DNA of 64,000 nt from a virus. A program made the translations under genes and the position numbers. Below the pieces are notes generated by a model. It did not search any database and had not been told where the DNA came from. It saw nothing but the letters and a program-made list of their open reading frames with translations. Shown here in pieces: positions 10,279 to 18,887 of the stretch. The stretch lies in the IMG/VR virus record IMGVR_UViG_3300046808_001035; one strand, written 5' to 3'. Position 1 is the stretch's first letter, and each line of letters starts with the position of its first letter.

Positions 10279-10482
10279 TTAGTTTTGATAGCTTGAGCGC
10301 ATTCCGTTATTCCATTTAAAGATAGGTCTCCCATTACTATCTGCCTCGTAATGGGCAGCTCCTGCGTCTATAGCTTCACTGTGGATAACCTTACAGTGGC
10401 CTTCTCCTATGGCTAGCCCCAGCACAATTCCAACGATTGCTCCAAAGATACATCCCGCAATAACTTCAAATGTGTCGTGCAT
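10279..10482 (-). CDS. small membrane protein, paralog family F
   Basis: N-terminal TM helix plus EAIDAGAAHY...GRPIFKW, like the genes at 28895-29461. Confidence 0.65.
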   Translation of the reverse strand: MHDTFEVIAGCIFGAIVGIVLGLAIGEGHCKVIHSEAIDAGAAHYEADSNGRPIFKWNNGMRSSYQN

Positions 10483-10502
10483 ATTATTTATTTTGTTAAA
10501 GG

Positions 10503-10730
10503 TTAAACTACCAGCGCTACGAAGTCTTTTTGATATGCTTCGTGTATTTCTTCTCTTAATTCTTTTGATGCAAACTCATGAGTAAATATTGGTCGACCTA
10601 GCCGCTTCTCTACATCCTCGTGAAAGTCTGCAAAGTCGCAGGCGAGTACTCCTGTGTATCCTGTAATGATAAGCCCTTGCTCTCTCGTGAGTTTAGGTAC
10701 GGTGTCAGTCTTTGTTTCAGTGCTTTCCAT
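10503..10730 (-). CDS. conserved small phage protein
   Basis: ITGYTG...VEKRLGRPIFTHEF motif. Confidence 0.6.
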   Translation of the reverse strand: MESTETKTDTVPKLTREQGLIITGYTGVLACDFADFHEDVEKRLGRPIFTHEFASKELREEIHEAYQKDFVALVV

Positions 10731-10986
10731 AAGGTCTAGTGATGTCTTTTGTGGTTGCTGGAACCTCTAGTAGATTCCAGAAGTGTTTGTTTATGTTTTT
10801 CTCAATCTCTTTTTCAGAGAGCTCGCCGTCTCCGCAACGGTGAGCATAGCTCCAATTGTCTGCGTTTTTCAGCAATGCTTTGATCCCTGCATCACTGCTA
10901 CAGATCATGAATAGGTTGATTTGATGCAGAAACCTTTCATACATCTCAACCTTTTGTCGCAGTGTCGGCTTTTTGTTTTTGTTCAT
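10717..10986 (-). CDS. hypothetical phage protein
   Basis: ORF in the array. Confidence 0.55.
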   Translation of the reverse strand: MNKNKKPTLRQKVEMYERFLHQINLFMICSSDAGIKALLKNADNWSYAHRCGDGELSEKEIEKNINKHFWNLLEVPATTKDITRPYGKH

Positions 10987-11309
10987 TTTTCGAACTCTTT
11001 CTTCAACTTTTCATAGAGAGCTTTGCGCTCTGTTTTAGCTTTAATTCTTCTTTGCTTTTCTTTTTCACGCTTCAGCTTTTCGTGCTTCTCTTCTTCAGCT
11101 ACCCGTTTCTCATATTCGTCATCTGTCTCTTCTCGGTGCTGAGTCAATTCAAACTCGTAGTCGCTACCAAAAAATACATCTGTCCAACCAGAGAGTTTAT
11201 ATGCCTGAAACACACCGATTAGGTTGTCAATTTTCCCGTTCAGTTTATTAAGGACAACCGTTGGCCCCACCTTCATAAGTTGCTGTTTCTCTGATTTATT
11301 CTTTTTCAT
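10983..11309 (-). CDS. hypothetical protein with charged C-terminal helix
   Basis: ETDDEYEKR...YEKLKKEF. Confidence 0.55.
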   Translation of the reverse strand: MKKNKSEKQQLMKVGPTVVLNKLNGKIDNLIGVFQAYKLSGWTDVFFGSDYEFELTQHREETDDEYEKRVAEEEKHEKLKREKEKQRRIKAKTERKALYEKLKKEFEK

Positions 11310-11535
11310 TTTTCTTTCTTATGTATACGTCGAAAAAATCATCTGTTTTGCAATCATAACCTGCATGTTTACACGCTTGCTCAATATCTACCTGGCACAA
11401 GCAAGCGTTAGGGGAAACATCACTGTATCCTTCGGCAAGAGGCAGATCTTCTACTTTTACAGAGAATATTTCTGCTAGCTCTTTAGGAGATTCGATAGTT
11501 TGTCTTGTGTCGGTATTATAGATTTCTACACACAT
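11296..11535 (-). CDS. small Cys-containing protein (paralog of 55444..55710)
   Basis: Shared CLCQVDIExACKxAGY. Confidence 0.65.
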   Translation of the reverse strand: MCVEIYNTDTRQTIESPKELAEIFSVKVEDLPLAEGYSDVSPNACLCQVDIEQACKHAGYDCKTDDFFDVYIRKKNEKE

Positions 11536-11897
11536 AACTTATCCTTTTCAAAAATATTGCCGATGACAGTGTAAGTGTGTTCACTACTCAAACCTATCGC
11601 CCAATCTTTGTCTAGGGTACTTACGAGCCTAAAGCCTGTGCCCTCGCTGTCGATAACGTACTGTACTTCATATGTATCACCATAGCCCTCGACTAGCAAG
11701 AGATCGCCTTCATAGATTTCGTTACCTTTCTTATCTTTTAAACCTGTGAATTGTTGAAAGATAGCTTCTTTGTAAAGATCTTTCTCCCAATTACGAATGT
11801 AAGCATGCAACGTGCCTTCTTTTGGATATACTAATCCATCATCTCCAAACAACTTGCTACAATGCTTAATGTAAACCCTGAACTTAATTGTTCTCAT
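11526..11897 (-). CDS. YopX family protein
   Basis: IKFR...QFTGLKDKKGNEIYEGD...VIGNIFE signature. Confidence 0.8.
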   Translation of the reverse strand: MRTIKFRVYIKHCSKLFGDDGLVYPKEGTLHAYIRNWEKDLYKEAIFQQFTGLKDKKGNEIYEGDLLLVEGYGDTYEVQYVIDSEGTGFRLVSTLDKDWAIGLSSEHTYTVIGNIFEKDKLCV

Positions 11898-11898
11898 C

Positions 11899-12552
11899 TT
11901 ATCTAGGATCTCCAGGGAATTTTTCTAGTTTTTCAGTGTCTGCCAATTGATTTGCTAAATCAGCAACAGTATTGATGGCTAACGCCAGATCTCTCGCTTT
12001 CTGAAGTATCATATCGTCACGCCGCATGAACTCTTCAGCCATTTCTTTTGAACACCAACGCTCTAGTGTCAGATCATGTATCCTAGTGCAGTGTGCGTTG
12101 AACCATGCCTTGAGTTTAGCCATATCCCATTCTTTTTTTGAAACGAGACTGAAGGCTTCCTGTGGGCTATAGTCTACATATTTAACTTCCAACCCAAGCA
12201 TTTTACAGAATCTCGCTCGAGACAGTCCATCTACATTGAAACCTAACCCATGCTCACCGTCATACCCACTCATTCCATAATGAGCTATGTTGCACAGTGT
12301 ACTAGGATATATACCATAGTCTCCTCCCTTATAGCCACTCATATACCCGTGAGACGTAGCAGCTCTAGTCACTTTAAGCATATCTCCAAGTCTCACATTC
12401 TCGGCTGGCCCGAATGCCAACTCTTCGTAAGCTCCTCTCCAGCTATCGAAATCAGCGAAGCCATGTTTAACAGTCTGGTCTTCGCCGTATTTATTAATAG
12501 CCTCAACGAGTAAAGCTGTTACTTCTGACAATTGTAATTTTTTAAAGTTCAT
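11899..12552 (-). CDS. hypothetical phage protein
   Basis: SWRGAYEELAF and GYKGGDY motifs. Confidence 0.6.
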   Translation of the reverse strand: MNFKKLQLSEVTALLVEAINKYGEDQTVKHGFADFDSWRGAYEELAFGPAENVRLGDMLKVTRAATSHGYMSGYKGGDYGIYPSTLCNIAHYGMSGYDGEHGLGFNVDGLSRARFCKMLGLEVKYVDYSPQEAFSLVSKKEWDMAKLKAWFNAHCTRIHDLTLERWCSKEMAEEFMRRDDMILQKARDLALAINTVADLANQLADTEKLEKFPGDPR

Positions 12553-12745
12553 GATTTTTTGACGATATTTATGAAGAGATTTATGAAGGCAAAAGCTATA
12601 AGTCCAATTACGAATACTCCGAATCCTAACTGTACACCGTACGCTAGATCTGGATGATCTTTAATAAATTGAGCATTCCGCTCATCCATCATTTGTTCAG
12701 ACTTGCTTTTATAAACTATAATAGACTCATTCATATTGAATTTGT

Positions 12746-12967
12746 TTATTTGCGGTTACACGGGTTGGTGATCACTTTGACTGTTCTAGTCTCTGTCATA
12801 TAGATCTGCACTGAGAACCCTCCCTCTCTAAACTGCTCAGCGACTTTCTCGGCCTGCTCTAGAGTATCCATACGTCCTTCCCCTATAGAAAACGCATGGT
12901 ATCTAAACCATTTATCTGCTCCTTTAGCAAGATACTCAATATAGTAATATTTACCTAGAACGCTCAT
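12746..12967 (-). CDS. hypothetical phage protein
   Basis: ORF in the array. Confidence 0.5.
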   Translation of the reverse strand: MSVLGKYYYIEYLAKGADKWFRYHAFSIGEGRMDTLEQAEKVAEQFREGGFSVQIYMTETRTVKVITNPCNRK

Positions 12968-13302
12968 CTCTGAAACCTTTCTGGTGTTTCGTGAATGTTG
13001 CCGATGACTTCTAGCTTATCTCTGTAATACGCTAGGGCTTGATGATCTCCGTCTATGTTTTCAACTTGGTAGCCTGAATACTCTAGAGAGTAGCTTACAA
13101 CATAGATATAAGCTGTACCTCGTCTCTTCACAATGTCGCCTTCATAGATTTCAATACCGTGGATGTCAGTGGAACCGATATATTGCTGTACCGGATAATC
13201 TTTTTGATCTAGGTACCGATCTGAAAGGTCGAAATCATCAAGTCCGAAATAGGCGAATTTTCCTATATCTGGAATATATACTCTGAATTTAAGTGTTCTC
13301 AT
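12964..13302 (-). CDS. YopX family protein
   Basis: LKFR...QYIG..D..G.EIYEGDIV...VIGNIHE. Confidence 0.8.
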   Translation of the reverse strand: MRTLKFRVYIPDIGKFAYFGLDDFDLSDRYLDQKDYPVQQYIGSTDIHGIEIYEGDIVKRRGTAYIYVVSYSLEYSGYQVENIDGDHQALAYYRDKLEVIGNIHETPERFQR

Positions 13303-13708
13303 TGTTCTCCTCCTGCTTGTCTAGCTCTTCAGATTCTTTAATTCGCCTCAAGACCTCCATGAATGCTTCTGCTTTGTATCTGCTAGGAATGTGAAACGTA
13401 TCGTAGGTATACCCTTGGAGAATATTTTTATACACAAACCAGAACACTTCTCCATACTTGAAGTGCATCAAACACTCTTCGGCTTTGTGCATAGCGTCGA
13501 GACTACTCACATAGTCTGGAACTTTGACATACACTGAAAAGCTGTTAGGTCTAGCGTCAACTATAGACGCAGTCAACATATAGCAGTCTAGCCCTGTACC
13601 CTCAGCTTCAACTCGTAAATCTACATTTTTATACCCACAAAATTCAGCAATCGCCTTGTTGATCTCGTTTTTTATTTGTTCTGCTAGTGGTCCTGTTGAG
13701 TATTCCAT
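13289..13708 (-). CDS. paralog family B protein (phage ABA-sandwich-like)
   Basis: EINKAIAE..G...PDYVSSLDAMHKAE...KAEAF. Confidence 0.65.
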   Translation of the reverse strand: MEYSTGPLAEQIKNEINKAIAEFCGYKNVDLRVEAEGTGLDCYMLTASIVDARPNSFSVYVKVPDYVSSLDAMHKAEECLMHFKYGEVFWFVYKNILQGYTYDTFHIPSRYKAEAFMEVLRRIKESEELDKQEENNENT

Positions 13709-14037
13709 TTTCCTAATGTTTTTAAGAATGCTTCTGCTTTTTGACGGGCGGTGGCTGTGAGTAGCTCATCATAATGATGACTCTTTGATATACGTGCTGC
13801 GTAATCATAAATCAGCACGCCTTTAATTGTTCTAATTACCTTCTCTGCTTCATGCATAGCATCGAGGCTGTTCACATAATCTGGCACTCTCTTCCAAACA
13901 GCTTCACCTCCATGATGTTCAGCTTCATACCATAAACAAACACCCTCAGGATCAAATTTACCTCTACGAGTGCCTCTTTTCACTGGAAGGTTAAACACGA
14001 CTTCTGCGATCTTTTGATTAATTTCAAGGTCAGTCAT
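13684..14037 (-). CDS. paralog family B protein
   Basis: PDYVNSLDAMHEAE...ATARQKAEAFLKTLGKW. Confidence 0.7.
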   Translation of the reverse strand: MTDLEINQKIAEVVFNLPVKRGTRRGKFDPEGVCLWYEAEHHGGEAVWKRVPDYVNSLDAMHEAEKVIRTIKGVLIYDYAARISKSHHYDELLTATARQKAEAFLKTLGKWNTQQDH

Positions 14038-14089
14038 TTTCTTTCCACTTTCCTAATGTTTTTAAGTATGCTTCTGCTCGTTGTCTTGC
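14021..14089. repeat. 69-bp direct repeat, copy 1 (one mismatch to 15180..15248)
   Basis: atttcaaggtcagtcattttctttccactttcctaatgtttttaagtatgcttctgctc occurs at both sites. Confidence 0.85.
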
Positions 14090-14374
14090 TCTAGCTGATA
14101 ACCATCCACGTTTTGCAGGTGTTGGGTTATCCCGCAAAGCTATTAAATATAGTTCATTACTGAATGCTCTGTAGGAGCTAGTGTCCATGCTTAGCTCAAC
14201 CTCATGCATAGCATCGAGGCTATTCGCATAGTCTGGGCACTCTTTCAAAAGATATCCTTCTGGATCTCGCTCTGTCTTTGGTCCACATGGAGTCAGACAA
14301 TGCGTGATACCATCTGAGACAATAGTGAATCCACGGCTTTTATGGACAGCTATATTGATTTCTTCACTAGTCAT
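14030..14374 (-). CDS. paralog family B protein
   Basis: Start trimmed to MTSEEIN; PDYANSLDAMHEVE...RQRAEAYLKTLGKW. Confidence 0.7.
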   Translation of the reverse strand: MTSEEINIAVHKSRGFTIVSDGITHCLTPCGPKTERDPEGYLLKECPDYANSLDAMHEVELSMDTSSYRAFSNELYLIALRDNPTPAKRGWLSARARQRAEAYLKTLGKWKEND

Positions 14375-14535
14375 ACTATTTCTTCCAGCTAAAACCGAAG
14401 AAGTTATACACTTCAAAAAAGCTAGTTTTATTCTCTCTGTGATAACTGTTGTAGCTGATCATGGGGTAATACCACCCTTTCTCCCATTGAAAATGCCAAT
14501 ACTTGATACGAATGTTAATAAATGTGTTATCCATA

Positions 14536-14868
14536 TTATTCTTCTGGAGTCCAAGCAAGAATTAGGTGAAATGTACCAAAACACATTCCGTGAGAATCGA
14601 AAGGAATTTTTCCCATTTCTGGATTAAAATCTTCGTTAATTGCTTCTGAAATATCCCGATCTATATCACATACATCTAAAACCTTGTCTTCTATTGTATA
14701 ATTCCTTTGAACTATACGATATATGTCGCCACCATGACATTTTTTCCTAAGTACTATATCTTTTTTTGCTGATTCTAAATCAGAATGAACTCCATCAAAC
14801 GCATCAAACCATGATCTACCTATATGTGATTCATATTGCACAACGTATTTCGTAAAGTCTTTACTCAT
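14536..14868 (-). CDS. hypothetical phage protein
   Basis: ORF interrupting the family B array. Confidence 0.55.
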   Translation of the reverse strand: MSKDFTKYVVQYESHIGRSWFDAFDGVHSDLESAKKDIVLRKKCHGGDIYRIVQRNYTIEDKVLDVCDIDRDISEAINEDFNPEMGKIPFDSHGMCFGTFHLILAWTPEE

Positions 14869-14869
14869 A

Positions 14870-15196
14870 TTATTCCTTCCATTTATCGAATGCTCGCAGC
14901 ATAGCTTCTACTCTTTGTCTTGCTGTAGCAAAAAATGCTGAGGCAAATTCTTCTGCGTCGGGGTTGTCTCGATCAACAATCGCGCAAAGCTCATTTGTAA
15001 ATATTAGCCTTTTTTCTTCTGTTAGTTTAGGCCAAAGAGCTTCGAATGTATAAGCGTCATCCCAGTAATCAGGTATCAAGCGTCTATGTCTTCCTTCAGG
15101 ATTTGTTCCAACATATTCGTAATACTTCAAATCTTTTTCGATATTTGTCCACCCACACAATTCAGCTAGAGCGATATTGATTTCAAGGTCAGTCAT
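14870..15196 (-). CDS. paralog family B protein
   Basis: MTDLEINIALAE..GW...PDY...ATARQRVEAML. Confidence 0.7.
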   Translation of the reverse strand: MTDLEINIALAELCGWTNIEKDLKYYEYVGTNPEGRHRRLIPDYWDDAYTFEALWPKLTEEKRLIFTNELCAIVDRDNPDAEEFASAFFATARQRVEAMLRAFDKWKE

Positions 15197-15248
15197 TTTC
15201 TTTCCACTTTCCTAATGTTTTTAAGTATGCTTCTGCTCTTTGTCTTGC
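15180..15248. repeat. 69-bp direct repeat, copy 2
   Basis: Matches 14021..14089. Confidence 0.85.
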
Positions 15249-15554
15249 CGAGGCATGAAGTAAATCGAAGTGCTCCGACAGATCTATTGCCGAACCATGA
15301 CACAGAACTAGCAATAACCTGAAAGCGAAATCTCGCCTTTGTTTATCGTCTAGCCGCTCTTCAGCCTCTCTCATGGCGTTTAGGTTATTGCAATAATCAG
15401 GAAACGTGCAACTACCAGCAACAGGAGGAGATCCAATACGCACCATTTCCGGAACATCGCTTACGTCCCAATATTTTTGTGGTTTTGGTAGCACCTTGCA
15501 ATTTTTCCACCCAAGTGACTCTGCAATTGCTATATTAATTTCTTCGCTAGTCAT
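15189..15554 (-). CDS. paralog family B protein
   Basis: MTSEEINIAIAE..GW...PDYCNNLNAMREAE...RQRAEAYLKTLGKWKEND. Confidence 0.7.
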   Translation of the reverse strand: MTSEEINIAIAESLGWKNCKVLPKPQKYWDVSDVPEMVRIGSPPVAGSCTFPDYCNNLNAMREAEERLDDKQRRDFAFRLLLVLCHGSAIDLSEHFDLLHASARQRAEAYLKTLGKWKEND

Positions 15555-15589
15555 TGGTTATTTCAGGTTCTTTGTATCAAATCATAGAG

Positions 15590-15916
15590 TTATTCGACTC
15601 GCTCGTATGTTTCCTCAAAAATACTAGGCTTGCACGGATAACGCTCACCTTTTACTCCTGTGATAATATAATCACCAGGACATACTCGATGCCCGCCTTC
15701 AAGTGTATCTATCCAGCCGTGGTGATGAATTAGCTTATGACAATGTGAGCATTCATAATGTCCAGCTATATCAGGGTGCCTGAAGTATCTCACAACCTTA
15801 CCTTCGCTCAGGAAAGCTGGATTAGCGTCAATAAGAACGCACTGGTCATCTGGGTGGTCTCCGTTTTTAAACCATTGCGTGGCTTCTATAACTACTGGTT
15901 TCTTTCGATATTTCAT
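15590..15916 (-). CDS. PGDYG-like phage protein
   Basis: KYRKKPVVIEA...TLEG...PGDYIITGVKGERYPCKP.IF..TYE. Confidence 0.7.
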   Translation of the reverse strand: MKYRKKPVVIEATQWFKNGDHPDDQCVLIDANPAFLSEGKVVRYFRHPDIAGHYECSHCHKLIHHHGWIDTLEGGHRVCPGDYIITGVKGERYPCKPSIFEETYERVE

Positions 15917-16077
15917 AGTGATACTGTTTCTTCTAGGTTAATTTCTTCGTCATTGATGTCCATAGACAAACATGAAGTAAACAAAGGTCATTCCGACATT
16001 GAGACCCATAAGAAAGAATCCAAATAGATAGTTCTCAGGGTTCTCACAGATTTCTTTTCTAATTTGAGGTGGGATCT

Positions 16078-16305
16078 TCATTGCTGTCTTTCGTTCCAAA
16101 TCTTGATCAGCTTAGCAGGAAATATAAAATCATCCCAAAATTGTTCAATCAGTTCTCGTTTGAGGTAAGACCAAGGCCCAGCACAGCCACAGTCGTGACA
16201 AACAACATTAGCTGGTACTCCTTCTCTGTCTTCTGTGCTAGTCTGGATATTCAGATCCTTTGAACCACAGAAAGGACAAGGTTTGATATCTTCGTTCACT
16301 TTCAT
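16078..16305 (-). CDS. Lar-like restriction-alleviation zinc-ribbon protein
   Basis: IKPCPFCG...VCHDCG..GP...WNER. Confidence 0.65.
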   Translation of the reverse strand: MKVNEDIKPCPFCGSKDLNIQTSTEDREGVPANVVCHDCGCAGPWSYLKRELIEQFWDDFIFPAKLIKIWNERQQ

Positions 16306-16313
16306 ATTAGCTA

Positions 16314-16394
16314 GAACGCACTGGTCATCTCGATGATCTCCATTTTTAACGATTGCGCGGCCTCTATAACTACTGGTTTCTTTCGATATTTCAT
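16314..16394 (-). pseudogene. frameshifted 5' remnant of the PGDYG-like gene
   Basis: MKYRKKPVVIEA followed by a 1-nt deletion relative to 15834..15916; part of a ~115-bp degenerate direct repeat. Confidence 0.7.
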
Positions 16395-16768
16395 AGTGAT
16401 ACTGTTTCTTCTAGTTTAATTTCTTCGTTTTTGCTATCTAAGGTTACAATCAAGGCACGTACACGATCTCTAGCAGAACTAGACAGATATGCACGCTGCC
16501 AATCTTTTACACTTTTAGAGTATTCTTTAGCTATATACCACAAGAGCCATCTGTATTTCTCGAATTGCTCCTCAGAGAGCGTCCGCTCTATTTTGTGAAC
16601 AATATCCAAATCTTGTGTGTATGTGTTTACAGCTACAAAAGCTCTCATAGGAAAAACCATTCCCATCAAAACTCCTTGCATCTTTTTAATGCCGTGCCAT
16701 CCGAGGAGTTCAGCCAGCTGCTTGTCAAGTCTCTCGTCAGATGTTAATTCTTCTTCATCATTTTCCAT
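16391..16768 (-). CDS. divergent family B protein
   Basis: LAELLGW...YTQDLD.VH.IE...SARDRVRAL. Confidence 0.55.
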   Translation of the reverse strand: MENDEEELTSDERLDKQLAELLGWHGIKKMQGVLMGMVFPMRAFVAVNTYTQDLDIVHKIERTLSEEQFEKYRWLLWYIAKEYSKSVKDWQRAYLSSSARDRVRALIVTLDSKNEEIKLEETVSL

Positions 16769-16961
16769 ATTCTAGTTTGTAGATGATCTTGTACGCTTCT
16801 TCGATGTTCTTGTTTAGTTCCTCTTCAACAGGGCACTGCACTGAAAGACAATGTCTGTGTTTTTTAGGATGATGTAGGTCTCCGCAAAAGGGCCTAGGGA
16901 TGTACCCTAGGACCCTACGGAGAATGTTTATTTCCTTTTTGCTTATCTTCATTACTGAAGA

Positions 16962-17756
16962 CTACTTGTAGTTTCCGAGACTGGCGTCAGACTTTGGAGC
17001 ATACTTTTCCAGGATATGGAAGAAGTCTTCTCGAGCTAGCTGTCTGCCGCTACTATCCATTTGCTTGGCAAGCCTGTTTCCGTAATAACCTCCAAGCTGC
17101 TCTTTGAGCACTTCAGGATTGCTGATATCCAACTTTGCAATATCGTACACAATTTTTATCAATTCAGAGGCAGGAAGCTTCCAGCCACGCTTAGTGAATT
17201 TCATAGCCCTAGAAAGAGCTGCTACAGGAAAACCGCTACCTGCATAGACTAGCTCTTTAGTTACAATACTCTCGAGACTCTTTTGAGTTAATATGAGCCC
17301 TTCGTCGACTGTGTAGTAGCTTCTTGTGTGAGCAAAATCGAACGTTTTATGTATGCTATCTACCTTACCACAGAATCGTAAGATGATCTGCAGTCCTCCT
17401 GTAAGAGTAATTGCATTCTGCGAGTAGTGAACTGGAGAATATAACTCGCTAGATATTGGTATTGCTCGCCCAAGTTTAATGACGCCCTGGTTCAGTGTCA
17501 CTCTATTAAGGCTAGGCGCATCCACAGCGTTATAACCTAAATGAGCTGTATAATGCTTCGCTAGTAAGTAAGCAGTATTAACCTCTTTGAAGTAGAGGTC
17601 ATAATCACGTACAGGCTCATTCAAGAGCATAGACGCGATACAACCACCACTCACAATTACATCTCTTTTTGCAGCTGCCTTGAGGTTTGCTGGCAGGCTC
17701 TTGAACCATAGGGTCAGAGCTTTTTCAATGTTTTCTTGAATTTGTCGTTTGTTCAT
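16962..17756 (-). CDS. Pol-beta-superfamily nucleotidyltransferase (CCA/poly(A) polymerase head-like)
   Basis: VSGGCIASML...RDYDLYF catalytic DxD; later FDF motif. Confidence 0.65.
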   Translation of the reverse strand: MNKRQIQENIEKALTLWFKSLPANLKAAAKRDVIVSGGCIASMLLNEPVRDYDLYFKEVNTAYLLAKHYTAHLGYNAVDAPSLNRVTLNQGVIKLGRAIPISSELYSPVHYSQNAITLTGGLQIILRFCGKVDSIHKTFDFAHTRSYYTVDEGLILTQKSLESIVTKELVYAGSGFPVAALSRAMKFTKRGWKLPASELIKIVYDIAKLDISNPEVLKEQLGGYYGNRLAKQMDSSGRQLAREDFFHILEKYAPKSDASLGNYK

Positions 17757-17762
17757 GTGTTG

Positions 17763-18173
17763 CTAGGTTGCTTCTGGGAAATACTCTAGAAACAGTTTGA
17801 CCGCTTCTCTGAGTACAGGTATGCACATTTGTCTTTTTAGCCAGGCACGATCATCCTCAACATCTTTATAAAGCGAGGTTTCTATATACACTTGATGATA
17901 TCGGTAAGAGGCAGAAAGAATACTGTCTCCCATAAGCATCATCTGACCATCCTGATAGAAATGAGGGCGGTATGACATAGCTTCGGCGTCAAATATTATG
18001 ATTTTAGCTATAAAAGCACCCGACGCCTGCTTAGGCTCAATTCTCACAACAAAGCCAGGCTCATCAAATATACTGCTAGGAGTGAGCCTGAATTCTCGAT
18101 CAGGTACCGGCCAGATATTAGGACAACCTCGCTTTCTGGTAACACCTTTATCTACAAAATAAAATCTATTCAT
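17763..18173 (-). CDS. hypothetical protein (paralog of 22023..22466)
   Basis: Shared YF...TR...CPN.WPV.D...TP.S.F and EAV.LF..YFP. Confidence 0.65.
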   Translation of the reverse strand: MNRFYFVDKGVTRKRGCPNIWPVPDREFRLTPSSIFDEPGFVVRIEPKQASGAFIAKIIIFDAEAMSYRPHFYQDGQMMLMGDSILSASYRYHQVYIETSLYKDVEDDRAWLKRQMCIPVLREAVKLFLEYFPEAT

Positions 18174-18531
18174 CTGTAGCGTCTATAGCCTTTGTGTTGA
18201 GTTTGTATTTTTTCGCTATCTCCTCTAAGTAGCTTTTCCACTCTGCAACTTCGACAGTGTCGTGCATGAGCTGCAGTTCCAAAATCAGCATCTCGTGATT
18301 TCGAGAGGCATCATACTCATCTAACACTCCTCGCCAATCAATACCTTCCATATGATTGTCATACTCATCATCTGCGATGAGGCACCCTGCTGCACACTTA
18401 AGTCCATCACAATTGCGATAAGAGCAGCTTGCGCCGTCCAGACTGCGCTTGTTCTGTGCGAGTAAGTGAGTAGCCACCTGGTCAAATACTTCCTGAGCTG
18501 AGGCTTCTCCTAGTGTTTTAAGCGTGATCAT
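18166..18531 (-). CDS. paralog family A protein
   Basis: QEVFDQVATHLLAQ...CSYR...GLKCAAGCLI. Confidence 0.8.
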   Translation of the reverse strand: MITLKTLGEASAQEVFDQVATHLLAQNKRSLDGASCSYRNCDGLKCAAGCLIADDEYDNHMEGIDWRGVLDEYDASRNHEMLILELQLMHDTVEVAEWKSYLEEIAKKYKLNTKAIDATDE

Positions 18532-18887
18532 ATTCTAGCCTTTAATTGCTGCGTATATTACATAGAACCATCCCAACAGTGTGTGCAATAACGCCCACAA
18601 GATAGACTTGTTTTTTGTGTAGCTGATCACCATCGCCAATACAGCTCCTAGCTTGAGTCCTTCAGAGCTGGTAATCTTCAACTTAAGTTGTTTCGGTTTC
18701 GAGTGTTCCATTTTTTGCTTTTTCTGTTAATTCTTCGTATTTTGAAATAGCCTCTTTGATTTGCTGCCTTTCTTTATCATATCTCACATAGCCTTTACCC
18801 CAGGTTTCGAGCTGCACTAATGCTTCTCGAGCATAGTCTACAAGATCGTCAGCGCAAGAGCGCCAAGCATCCCTTTCTTCCTTAAGA

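Noticed and set aside
13289-16768. Diversity-generating retroelement behind the repeats
   Set aside because: No reverse transcriptase in the window and the repeat differences are not adenine-specific
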